A stretch of 63,752 bases of DNA, counting the filler, from Octopus bimaculoides (lineage: Eukaryota): NCBI RefSeq assembly GCF_001194135.2. It is 12 parts of 10 records of this genome, joined end to end, with 100 filler letters (N's around TTAATTAATTAA, not from the genome) between each part and the next. Parts side by side here need not be neighbours in the genome. Positions count along the whole stretch, not along the records: positions 12,234 to 15,471 come from NW_026395718.1; positions 15,572 to 19,120 come from NC_069007.1; positions 19,221 to 23,283 come from NC_068986.1; positions 23,384 to 26,243 come from NC_068996.1; 8 more parts are not named here. One strand, given 5' to 3'. The notes below the pieces were generated by a model that was not told the DNA's origin, did not search any database, and worked only from the letters and a program-made list of their open reading frames with translations. Positions 12,436 to 23,684 of this stretch are shown here, piece by piece (positions within the stretch are counted from its first letter, which is position 1; every line of letters starts with the position of its first letter). The position numbers were made by a program, and so were the translations under genes.

Positions 12436-14958
12436 TGCAGTACGATCATTTCAAGCAACTCCATTTAACTGAACAATGCAATCATTAAATCAATTTAAAT
12501 GTAGAGCAGTCCTCAGCTGCATAAAGACATAGAATTTAAATAAAATAAAACAGATGGACACATTAGTATAATTGTACCTATGGGTATCTTCATCACTTAA
12601 AATTAAACTGCTTAGATTATAAATTAATTAAGTAAATTTGTTCTTTTGCCTCAATGCTAAATCTTCTCGATAACCTTAAAATTTTAACTTTGTACAATAT
12701 GGCTATATTGTTTAAAATAATTTTAGTTATTACTTTATTTATCCCTTTCTTAAAGTGTTCTACCCTCCTGATCTTAGTATTTCTATTGGCCTTTATCCAA
12801 GTAGCCCTTCTAACTAAGTACCCCTAAGAAACTGTAATATCATGTACGGATTAACACTAATAACTTTTAAAACCTATATTATACCTCTTAATTTAAAATT
12901 AGTATATAATTAGCATGTCCTTTTAACATCAATATTCTTTCAACCGGGTATCAGTCTTGATTGAAATAAGCTAAATAAGTTAATAAACAACTTTTAGTTC
13001 AAAATACTTAAATTATTATACATTTTCTATATATCTTCTCTATTGAAGTTAATAAGGTATATATGCTTTATTGTGGTTTTAGTAATTAGGCTATCTTTAT
13101 TCCTTTTCTATGGTGCTCTACTCTAACTGATCATTTTATTATTTTATAATAGCCTTTAATAAATCTAATCTTTGTACCCCTATAAATTCATACTTAGTTT
13201 ATATTAGACAATACTGGCATCTCCACAACTTAAAATAATTCAATTTAATCAAATTTGTATATAGTTAACATGTTCTTTAGCCTCAGTGCACCTTTATTAA
13301 ATACCAGTAAAATCCAATTGATCAGTCTCCATAGATACCATCTAATAAGTTAATATTTAGATAAATAATATGTATAAATATTGAACTATTTCTATATAAT
13401 TTTCTTTTCCTCCCTCTATTGTGGTAAAATTTTGTATATACTCAAAAGTATTCAAAGAAGTTTTATCCTTTTGTTATAGTATCATTCTTAATAATCCTCT
13501 TGACTACCCTAAATTTTAACTTTATACAATATGGCAATATTGTTTGAAATGATCTTTAGAAATTACTTGATTTATCCCTTTCTTAAAGTGCTCTACCCTC
13601 TTGATCTTAGTATTTATAAGGGCCTTTATATAAGTAGCCCTTCTAATTAAGTACCCCTAAGAAACTATAAATATTATGTATGGAGTAACAATAATAACTA
13701 CTAAAACCTATAATATACCTCTTAGTTTTAAAATTAGTATATAATTAGCATGTCCTATAACATCAATATTCCTTTAGCTAATGCCAGGTATCAGTCTCTA
13801 TTGATACTAGCTAAATAAGTAAATATATAATTTTTTAGTTTAGTATACTTTAAATTTTTATACATTTTCTATAAATCTTCTCTATTGATGTTAATAAGGT
13901 ATATATACTTTATCATGTTTTTAATGATTAAGCTATTTTATTCCTTTTCTATGGTGTTCTGCCCTACCTGATTATTTTTGTATTATTATTTTATAATAGC
14001 CTTTATTTATTTATAAAATAAATCTAATTTTTGTACCTCTATAAATTCATACTTAGCTTATATAAAACAATACTGGTATATTCACTACTTAAAATAAACT
14101 GCTTAGATTTATAATTTAATTAATATATAGTTAACATGTTTACCTCAGTACTCCTTTATTAAATACCAGTATATACCAATTGATCAATAATCACAGATAC
14201 CATCTGATAAGTTAGAATTTAAGTATATAATATGTATAAATATTAAACTATTTCCAGATAATTTCTTTTCCTCCCTCTATTGTAGTAAAAGTTTGGTATA
14301 TACTCAAAAGTATTAATAAAACCTTTTATCCTTTTGTTATAATATTCTTCTTAATAATCTTCTGAATAACCCTAAATTTTAACTTTATACAATATGGCAA
14401 TATTGTTTAAAATATTTAACTATAGTACCACATGATGAGATTTCCACTGTTTCATTATCAATGGTCTACTAGTGGCTGGCCCCCTTAATTGTCAGCTAAC
14501 ATCTTGATTTAAGTTTTCTTTTACGAAATGTCATGGTATTGCTTCTAATAAATCTTGACAGTTTTTTTTATGACTATACCCACTGTGATTTCTGTCGACT
14601 CCCTCAGCCCACTTCCTAACAGGTATTGCTCCTTGCTCTTTTGGCCTTAGATATACAAAGATTTGATAAACTAGTCTATAAATTAAAACTGACCCCATAA
14701 AATAGTGACAAGCAAAGTCTGTAACAGGTTTTTCTTCCTGATACGTTAGTAGCTTCTAAGCTGAAGTGAAGACAGTATGTTCTCTGTCTATCTCCTTAGC
14801 TTCTTGCAGACTTTAGGTACAATTATACTAATGTGTCCATCTGTTTTAATTTAATTAAATTCTATGTCTTTATGCAGGTGAGGATTGCTCTGCATTTAAA
14901 TTGATGTAATGATTGCACTGTTCAATTAAATGGAGTTGCTTGAAATGATCGTACTGCA
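12436..14958. mobile_element. 2.5-kb fold-back-type element with 145-bp TIRs and internal tandem repeat
   Basis: 12436-12580 is the reverse complement of 14814-14958 (8 mismatches in 145 bp by manual alignment). Interior holds two full copies of an about 835-865 bp unit plus a partial third. No clear TSD or transposase. Confidence 0.85.
12671..14420. repeat. AT-rich tandem repeat, unit about 850 bp, x2 plus partial
   Basis: aaattttaacttt(g/a)tacaatatggc.atattgttt recurs at about 12678, 13511 and 14374. Confidence 0.9.
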
Positions 14959-15100
14959 TTACCTCTGGATATCCTTGTTGCTTATTTTGTTTTTAATCAC
15001 CTTATTTTGAAACTGTATGGATAATACTGCACTAAATTCTGGTGCCTCAACTTAAGTACCATATTCATCTGAATCTAAATTTATACACACACACATATAT

Positions 15101-15471
15101 ATCATCATCATCATCATTGTTTAACGTCCGCTTTCCATGCTAGCATGGGTTGGACAATTTGACTGAGGACTGGCGAACTAGATGGCTACACCAGGCTCCA
15201 ATCTGAACTGGCAGTTTCTACAGCTGGATGCCCTTCCTAATGCCAACCACTTCAAGACTGTAGTGAGTGCTTTTATGTGCCACTGGCACGAGGGCCAGTC
15301 AGGCAGTACTGGCAATGGCCACGCTCAAATGGTGTTTTTTATGTGTCACCTGCACAGGAGCCAGTCCAGCGGAACTGGCAACAACCTCGGTCAAATGTTT
15401 TTTTGTGCCACCGGCACAAGTGCCAGTAAGGCAACACTGGTAATGATCACATTAAAATGGTGCTTTTCACG
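15101..15471 (-). mobile_element. RTE-clade LINE 3' UTR with (GAT)n tail
   Basis: Homologous to 18100-18470, which is contiguous with RTE RT coding sequence. Ends gcggacgttaaac..tgatgatgat on the minus strand. Runs into a gap. Confidence 0.85.
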
Positions 15472-15708
15472 NNNNNNNNNNNNNNNNNNNNNNNNNNNNN
15501 NNNNNNNNNNNNNNNTTAATTAATTAANNNNNNNNNNNNNNNNNNNNNNNNNNNNNNNNNNNNNNNNNNNNATAGCTAAGTACCATTTTGAGTGATGCTG
15601 TTAAACTTTTGCAATAACTTTGTTCTGGATAGTTCTGGATATTACTGAAGAAATACTGAAAACACATTTCACTCTTATTTCAAGTGTTTAACAGAAAGAT
15701 ATAAGATT

Positions 15709-15815
15709 AATTATAGGATATTATAGGATATTATAGGATTAATTATAGGATATTATAGGATTGATTATAGGATACTATAGGAGTGATTGTAGGATATTAT
15801 AGGAGTGATTATGGA
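15709..15815. repeat. 10-14 bp minisatellite, core attatagga
   Basis: ttataggat core repeated about 9 times with variation. Confidence 0.85.
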
Positions 15816-15916
15816 AATTTCATTGTTTGTGTAATTCTTTCTTTTATTTCTATCATGTAAACAATTTTATTGACCCAAGTTTGTAGAATTCATATTGGAA
15901 TTTTATTGTATTGCAG

Positions 15917-16790
15917 GATAAAGAATTTAAGAAGAAACGCAAAGAATTCTATGTTGGAGAGGAAACTGGAGGTAACAGTACTTTCCTTAACTTGAAGAAT
16001 CTCATTGAACATGGTATTATTACTGACTGGGAAAATATAGAAAGGATCTGGCATCATACATTCAAAGAGTTGAACGTTGCAGCCAAAGACTATGCTGTCT
16101 TGTTGACTGAGTCTGTTGGTAACTCTGAAGAAAACAGACAAAATGGTTGAAATTATGTTCGATAAGTTTGACGTTCGTGCAGTAATGTTGGCTAATCAAG
16201 CTGTTTTGTCCCTCTTTGATTCTGGCCGTGTGATGGGTATCTCTGTGAATGTAGGCCATGGTATAACCCAAGTTGTCCCTGTCTATGAAGCTTCAACTAT
16301 AACAGAAGCTACTGTCCATCAGAATACTGCTGGTCTTGACTTGAGAGATTACCTTATAAGGATCTTGACTGAACGTGGCTTCAAGTATGTTGAAGTGGCT
16401 TCAGTGAACAAAAAGCTAAATGACATGAAAGAGAAGCTCTGCTATGTTGCTCTAGACTTTGAACAGGAAATGGAGACTGCATGCTCTTCTTCAGTTTTGG
16501 AAAAGAGGGTTGATCTACCTGGTGGACAAGAAATTACCATTAACAAGTAACGATTCCAAGTCCCAGAAGCTATGTTCCAACCAAGTATACTTGGTATGGA
16601 ATATGATGGTGTTCATAAAATAACATATAACTCAATCATGAAATGTGATGAGAAAATCCGGAAAGACCTTTTTACCAACATTGTGTTGTCCGGTGATGAA
16701 CTATGGATTACAAAAGAAGAATATAAAGAATCTGGCTCATCTCATGTCTGTGGGAAACATGCACATAAAATGGAAAATTTAAGTCCTTAG
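15917..16790 (+). pseudogene. Divergent actin-like pseudogene (second exon; codons 1-41 not found)
   Basis: Actin motifs [88 protein letters not shown]. Splice acceptor ttttattgtattgcag ends at 15916. Lesions: 1-bp frameshift near 16140, TAA at 16548-16550 replacing E of ERF, and about 50 codons missing after VLSG. Confidence 0.9.
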
Positions 16791-17346
16791 TATGTATATA
16801 TGGCACAGTGTGATAGGCCAGAGCTGGTAGCTATATGTTTAACTTTCAGTCCTTCAATAGCAATTACTAATAGATGTTAATGAAATTCTACTAACCCTTT
16901 TAATACCAACCAACCTGAAACTAACCCCTGTTTCTATGATAAAAGCTTTCTGTTTTAAAATGATTTCAATTAAAATCTTCCATGAAATATTTGCGTTAAT
17001 GTATGTTTGAAACACCAGCTTCATAATGATAAAGTTATTTTAACTAAATTCTTCATATTTTTTGTATCTTAAAAGAAATCTGGTAACAAATGGATTTAGT
17101 TAGTATTAACATATTTTGTTAGCAATATTCCAATCTGATACCTATTTTGAGTATTATAAGTTTGTTATTAATGGTAACATAATGTTGCCCTAAACTGCCA
17201 TGTAACCATAAAATTTGAGTAAAAAATTGCTTTTAGTGTGATCTAAACTTTAATAAAGAATTCAATAAAAATAATGTTCTGTTGTCTTTGATGCACTTTA
17301 GAGAATGTTTCATCATTACAGCTTGACTATAATGCCTGAAAGAAGA

Positions 17347-17382
<36 letters not shown>

Positions 17383-17439
17383 GCACACATGTGTGTGTAT
17401 GGCAACTTCTGTATATGTGTGTTAGGTAACTAAGAATAT

Positions 17440-17900
17440 GTATCTTAGTAATATTCACACAGAAAGACACATGACCACTCAAGTGGATTCCCAAGTCATG
17501 TGCTGGCTCTAAGTCTGGGATTGCAATACTCCCTGCTCCTGTGCATTCTAAGTGGAATCTGTGGGTTGATATCAAAACGCTTGCAATTTATGTTGCTTTC
17601 TTCAGACAATTTGTATCTTACATTCATATCATTCTGTAAGTCCTTGAGACCTTGTAATACTCAGACATCATGAGCAAGCTATTTTCTTCTAGGAATGTTA
17701 TCATCTTCCTTCTGACAATGAGTTCCATGGCATTGCTAGCATGTAAGGTCAGAGAAATAAGTTTATAATTTTTAGAATCTGTCCTATACCTGTCTTTGTG
17801 AATAGGGTATATGATACCTTTTTTGAACAAGAGGTGAAAGTTAGCCACATGCAATATAAATATGGAGAGGTATGTCAAGAGGTTTTGCAAGAACATTCTT
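17440..17900 (-). mobile_element. CR1/Jockey-type LINE RT fragment, internally deleted
   Basis: IIYPIHKDRYRTDSKNYKLISLTLHASNAMELIVRRKMITFLEENSLL (PIHK...NYRPISLT motif) and later AHDLGIHLSGHVSF (KDLG-like). Confidence 0.75.
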
Positions 17901-18072
17901 GCATATCTTTGAAAGGATAATTGGAAAAAACTTCAGAGCCCATTGCTGCATTTGAGTTGATCTCATCAAAGGCTTATCTCCTCCTCATTTATGTTGATGT
18001 AATTGATGGTGGTTTCTACCCTACCCTGTGTGAATCTGCAGAGATGAAAAACTCATCAGGCTTGCTTATTTG

Positions 18073-18076
18073 GTCG

Positions 18077-18108
<32 letters not shown>

Positions 18109-19120
18109 ATCATCATCATCGTTTAACGTCCGCTTTCCATGCTAGCATGGCATGGATGATTTGACTGAGGACTGGTGAAACCAAATGGCTACACCAGGCT
18201 CTAATCTGATTTAGCAGAGTTTCTACAGCTGGATGCCCTTCCTAATGCCAACCACTCCAAGAGTGTAGTGGGTGCTTTTATGTGCCACCGGCATGAAGGC
18301 CAGTCAGGAGGTACTGGCAATGGCCACGCTCGAAATGGTGTATTTTACGTGCCACCTGCACAGGAGCCAGTCCAGCGGTACTGGCAACAAACTCGCTCAA
18401 ATATCTTTTCACGTGCCAGGAAGGCGACATTGGTAATGATCACGTTTAAATGGTGCTATTTACTTGCCACCAGCATGGAAGCCAGACAGCTAGTTCTCTG
18501 GCAACGATCACGCTCGGACGGTGCTCTTAGTGATCTACTGGCACAGGTGCCATCCCGATTTCACTTTCGCTTGCCCCAATAGGTCTTTGCAAGCAGAGTT
18601 TAGTGTTCAATGAAGACGTTGGCATTGGTGCCAGTCTACAAATTTAGTTCGATTTCGATTTCACTTGCCTGAACAGGTCTTCGCAAGCAAAGTTTAGTGT
18701 CCAAAGAAGAAATATTACGCGTAAGTGGGCTAGCTACATCCCTGGCAGAGGCCTTGGATTTTGGTCTCACTTGGCTTGTCGGGTCTTCTCACGTACAACA
18801 TATTTTCAAAGGTCTTGCTCACAAGTCATTGCTTTGGTGAGGCCTAATGTTCGGAGATAGTGCTTCACCACCTTATCTTGGGTCTTCCTGGGTCTATCTC
18901 TTCCACAGGTTCCCTCAACCACTAGGGTGTGGCACTTTTTCACACAGCTATCCTCATCCATTCTTGCCACATGTCCATACCAGCGCAGTCATATCTCTTG
19001 CACACCCCAACTGATGTTTCTTAGGTTCAACTTTGCTCTCAAGATACTTACACTCTGTCGGGTATGCACACTGACATTACTCATCCATCGGAGAATACTG
19101 GTTTCATTCCTTGTGAGCTT
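18073..19120 (-). mobile_element. RTE-clade LINE 3' end (RT C-terminus, 3' UTR, (GAT/GAC)n tail)
   Basis: Minus strand LRWYGHVARMDEDSCVKKCHTLVVEGTCGRGRPRKTW, typical of the RTE RT C-terminus. 5' side runs into a gap. Confidence 0.9.
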
Positions 19121-19220
19121 NNNNNNNNNNNNNNNNNNNNNNNNNNNNNNNNNNNNNNNNNNNNTTAATTAATTAANNNNNNNNNNNNNNNNNNNNNNNN
19201 NNNNNNNNNNNNNNNNNNNN

Positions 19221-19562
19221 CATAGGGTCGCGGTTTCGATTCCCAGACCGGGCGTTGTGAGTGTTTATTGAGCGAAAACACCTAAAGCTCCACAAGGCTC
19301 CGGCAGGGGATGGTGGCGAACCCTGCTGTACTCTTCCACTACAACTTTCTCTCACTCTTACTTCCTGTTTCTGTTGTGCCTGTAATTCAAAAGGTCAGCC
19401 TTGTCACACTGTGTCACGCTGAATATCCCCGAGAACTACTTTAAGGGTACACGTGTCTGTGGAGTGCTCATCCACTTGTACGTTAATTTCACGAGCAGGC
19501 TGTTCCGTTGATTGGATCAACAGAAACACTCGACGTAAGCGACGGAGTGCCAACATCAACAA
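19221..19562 (+). mobile_element. tRNA-derived SINE, family B
   Basis: Near-identical to 20601-20987 (opposite strand) and 56098-56493. Ends gacggagtgccaac(a/atc)aac. Confidence 0.85.
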
Positions 19563-19564
19563 CA

Positions 19565-19765
19565 AATCATTAGCACGCCAGACAAAATGCTTAGCAGCAT
19601 TTCGGTCCGTCTTTACGTTCTGAGTTCGAATCCTACCGAGGTTGACATTGCTTTTCTTCCTCTCGGGGTCGATATAATTAATACCAGTTGATTGCTAGAG
19701 TGGATGTAATCGACAACACCACTCACCAAAAATTACTGGCCTTGTGCCAAAATTTGAAACCATTA
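19565..19765 (+). mobile_element. Family C SINE
   Basis: ttagcacgcc...aaatgcttagc...gagttcgaatcc...ggggtcgat...ccttgtgccaaaatttgaaac. Confidence 0.8.
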
Positions 19766-20294
19766 TTATAACTATAATTGGTCATCAGCGAATCGAACAA
19801 AATACATAATGGAATTTCTGACCTTGTACGAAGATCGGTAAAAATTATTATTATCGTTGTGGTTCTTTGTACTGTTGCTTAGCAACAGGTCATCCTAAAG
19901 AGAGAAAACTGAAGGTGAAAGTCATCCAGCCAGTATTTTCCTATGTAGAGAGAAAACTCAAGGCCACATAATATAACATGTCCTTTACTGGGACACTTCG
20001 TGGTAGTTGAGGAAGATTTTGCTGCAATTTCGAGCAAATTGGACGACCACTACAGAGTGTCTGCCTTGGCTACCTTCAGTGGTAGTGGAATAAGCAGCTT
20101 GAGTTATTGTAATCCAAATGGTTATTGCTGGTTTCGTTGTAAAAGAACATTGATGAACCACAAAAAGACGCGATAGAATGATGATAAAGATGTTTGCAAG
20201 ACCAGAGAGGAAGTAGAAAACGAAAGCCGTAATACTAATAACAGTTATATAACTGCTTCTAACATAGACACAAGGCTTTAAATCTGACAAGAAG

Positions 20295-20430
20295 GCGTGT
20301 TCGTCGATTAAATCGACTCCGTACGTAACTGGTACTTTATTTTATCGACCCTGGGAGAATGAAAGACACAGCTGTACTCAGCGGGCTTTGAATTCAGAAC
20401 ATAAAGCGGCAGAAGAAATACAGCAAGGCA
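20295..20430 (-). mobile_element. Family C SINE, partial
   Basis: gtcgatta.atcgac...aactggtacttta.tttatcgacc matches family C in reverse. Confidence 0.65.
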
Positions 20431-20600
20431 TTTTTCGACATTTTAATGATTCTACTAGAAAATATGTGCTAGAAATCTGTGGAATAGAAACTGAAAGAAA
20501 GGAGGAAATAAAGACAATGAGAAAATGAATGAGGGAAAAATAAGAAGGAAATATAACAATATTCCAGTGCATGAAAGACATAAAGGAAAACTGAAAGAGA

Positions 20601-20987
20601 TGTTGTTGGCACTCCGTCGCTTACGACGTCGAGGGTTCTAGTCGATCTGATCAACGGAACAGCCTGCTCGTGAAATTAACGTGCAAGTGGTTGAGCACTC
20701 TACAGACACGTGTACCCTTAACGTAGTTCTCGGGGATATTCAGCGTGAGACAGAGAGGGACAAGGCTGGCCCTTTGAATTACAGGCACAACAGAAACAAG
20801 AAGTAAGAGTGAGAGAAAGTTGTGGTGAAAGAGTACAGCAGGGTTCGCCACCAACCCCTGCCGGAGCCTCGTGGAGCTTTAGGTGTTTTCGCTCAATAAA
20901 CATTCACAACGCCCGGTCTGGGAATCGAAACTGCGATCCTATGACCGCGAGTCCGCTGCCCTAACCACTGGGCCATTGCGCCTCCAC
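20601..20987 (-). mobile_element. Family B SINE, full length
   Basis: Head gtggaggcgcaatggcccagtggttaggg (A box) ... gtttcgattccc (B box); tail gacggagtgccaacaac. Confidence 0.9.
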
Positions 20988-22327
20988 ACTGAAAGAAATT
21001 AAATATAAAGTCAAGCAATGAAGAAGGAATGAGATAAAGAAGGAGAATGAAATGAATATAAAGATTGATACGAAGAAGGTGAGAAAGAAATATGAAACAA
21101 AGAAACAATGAATAAAAGATAATAGAAATAAAGGGAAAATATAACGGGGAATAAAATAACGCAAGAGGAAAAGAAACGAAAATGACCTAAAGACGAAAGA
21201 AGGGAGGAAAGAGAAGAAGAACAAAAGGGTTGGAAAACAAAAGCGAACAATAGAGGAAAAAAAAAGAAGCGAATGAGAGGCTATATAAAGGAGAGGTAAT
21301 ATAAAGAAATACATTAGTAAAAAATATAAAGATAAAGGGAAAGAGTAAATTAGTTCGAATACTATACAACATAATAAACAAATAATTTAATATATGAAAG
21401 CCTCTTCAATGTTTATAACATATTTATATAGTCAAAATGTTGTTGTAGAATAATATTTATAATTTAGAAACAAGATGCTTGGCGTCATCGATCTGGTGTA
21501 AGTATAAATACGCCCTCACATCAACAACAACAGTAATAAGAAGAACAGTAATGTTATGGCATCACGAGGCACACTTGGCGTAGTCGCTCGACTTTCTAGA
21601 AATAGCAATCAAATCACCCTCGAAATGCACTCTACTGTGTTAAACCAGGAAAGGTAATGTTATATAATGTCATACATCCATGTTAAAAAGTTGCAGTTCG
21701 TGTGAGAGCAACATCAACTGAAACACTAACCACTTAACAGAATCAAAAACATCATCAGTAGCAACAGCAGCAGTACCAGCTGCAGAACCGTCACCAACAG
21801 CAACAGCATCTGCAATGACAGGAGCACCACCAACAGCACCAACAGCAGTACCAATAACAGCAGCAAAAGCATCATCATAACGAGCCACACTAGCATCAGC
21901 AATAGTATCACGATGTGGGATCAGTGTAGTGTTTTGACGTGCGAGAAGTAGCAGTTAAATCTCTACTGAATCACATCTTACTGTCTTAAAGAAAATAATG
22001 ATAAAAAAACTAATAAAAAAACATTGGATAATATAGTGGTACATTATCTTTAAAGGCAGGATGGTCACCGTTGGAATGACGTCGGTAATAGATCTATTCA
22101 ATCAAAGCCGAGCAGGTGTTTCGACAGTACAATAACAACATCAGCATTATCACAATTTCATATAAAAGAAACCATTATGTAAGACCAAAAAATACAACCT
22201 GAAACAGGTGTAAAGACAACCAACAACTCAGTGTTAGGCTCTATAACGTCCATATTTTCCCTATTGCTACCTACGCTTACTGACACTACATATATTCGCT
22301 TAGTGATGCTAAATAAATATACATATC

Positions 22328-22370
<43 letters not shown>

Positions 22371-22570
22371 NNNNNNNNNNNNNNNNNNNNNNNNNNNNNN
22401 NNNNNNNNNNNNNNNNNNNNNNNNNNNNNNNNNNNNNNNNNNNNNNNNNNNNNNNNNNNNNNNNNNNNNNTATATATATATATATACATGTATACTTATA
22501 TGAATATATATGTTATTCAACAATGACATTCCTAAATCCGTTGTCTTCATTCTCTCTGTTTTTCTCTCCG

Positions 22571-22605
<35 letters not shown>

Positions 22606-22741
22606 GTATGTATACTAACGTATGTATACTAACCTATTAATGTGTATACGTGTAAACACGTTTACATATATGCACATACGCAAGTACATATACATATATA
22701 CACATGCAAGTGTATATATATTTGTATATCATATATATGTG

Positions 22742-22780
<39 letters not shown>

Positions 22781-22984
22781 AAATTAACATAAACAGCTAG
22801 GTGCAATATAATACAATAAATGCAAAATTTTATCGTCAGTAAATGTTACTGAATGTGCTAAAGCACTTATATTGCTAAACTTAAGAGTTAAATGCTCTTA
22901 ATGCTGTAAGAAGAAGGCAATATATACATATATATAAAGTGATAGGGGAGATAATCGCCCTATGACCGTCTTTAATATTACAAG

Positions 22985-23025
22985 ACTAGACCAGTTTCGC
23001 ATATGTCGTAGGCATCATCAGTAGT
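22985..23025 (-). ncRNA. Minimal type-I hammerhead ribozyme candidate
   Basis: Minus strand ACUA-CUGAUGA-UGCCUACGACAUAUGC-GAAAC-UG-GUC^UAGU. 4-bp stem I, intact core, self-complementary ACUGGU in place of stem III. Confidence 0.65.
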
Positions 23026-23244
23026 GACTATTCAAAGGGTCGATGGGTTGGCTAAATCTATCTGCCTGTACATATATTGCGCTCTTCTGAAAGCATTACG
23101 ATGTTTTAACTTATATTTCTAGGAATATAGATGCCACAACACGCTCAGCCACATTCAGTGATGATAAAAGCTTTCCTTATATGTGTGTGTATGTGCGTGT
23201 GTGTGTGTGTGTGTGAGTGCGTGTGTTTTTATATATATACATAG

Positions 23245-23283
<39 letters not shown>

Positions 23284-23582
23284 NNNNNNNNNNNNNNNNN
23301 NNNNNNNNNNNNNNNNNNNNNNNNNNNTTAATTAATTAANNNNNNNNNNNNNNNNNNNNNNNNNNNNNNNNNNNNNNNNNNNNTATATATATATATATAT
23401 CATATATATATTTTATCTATATATATACATATATATTAATAGTTATCGCCAAGCTAATATGGCAGTCCAGATAAATAGGATGAATGCTGCCGTTGATTAG
23501 CTCCAAGAGGCCATCGCCTCTAGCTAGCTATGTGACACACGAACTTGTGTCCGTTATAACCTTCGAACAGGGGAGGTCAGCC

Positions 23583-23619
<37 letters not shown>

Positions 23620-23636
23620 ATATCTATCTATCTATC

Positions 23637-23684
<48 letters not shown>

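Noticed and set aside
12671-14420. Idea that the 850-bp repeat is a protein-coding repeat in a TAA/TAG=Gln code
   Set aside because: Stop frequency is about what AT-rich DNA gives, and the units differ by 1-bp indels, so there is no frame constraint.
18163-18195. CTGAGGA...GAAAC hammerhead-like core in the RTE 3' UTR (also near 15163)
   Set aside because: Only 5 nt lie between the core halves with no stem II pair, there is no stem I, and it is antisense to the LINE.
21720-21900. Ala/Val- or Leu-rich ORFs (also 59537-59863 and 47446-47842)
   Set aside because: Degenerate trinucleotide repeats that are open in several frames by composition, with no splice or start context.
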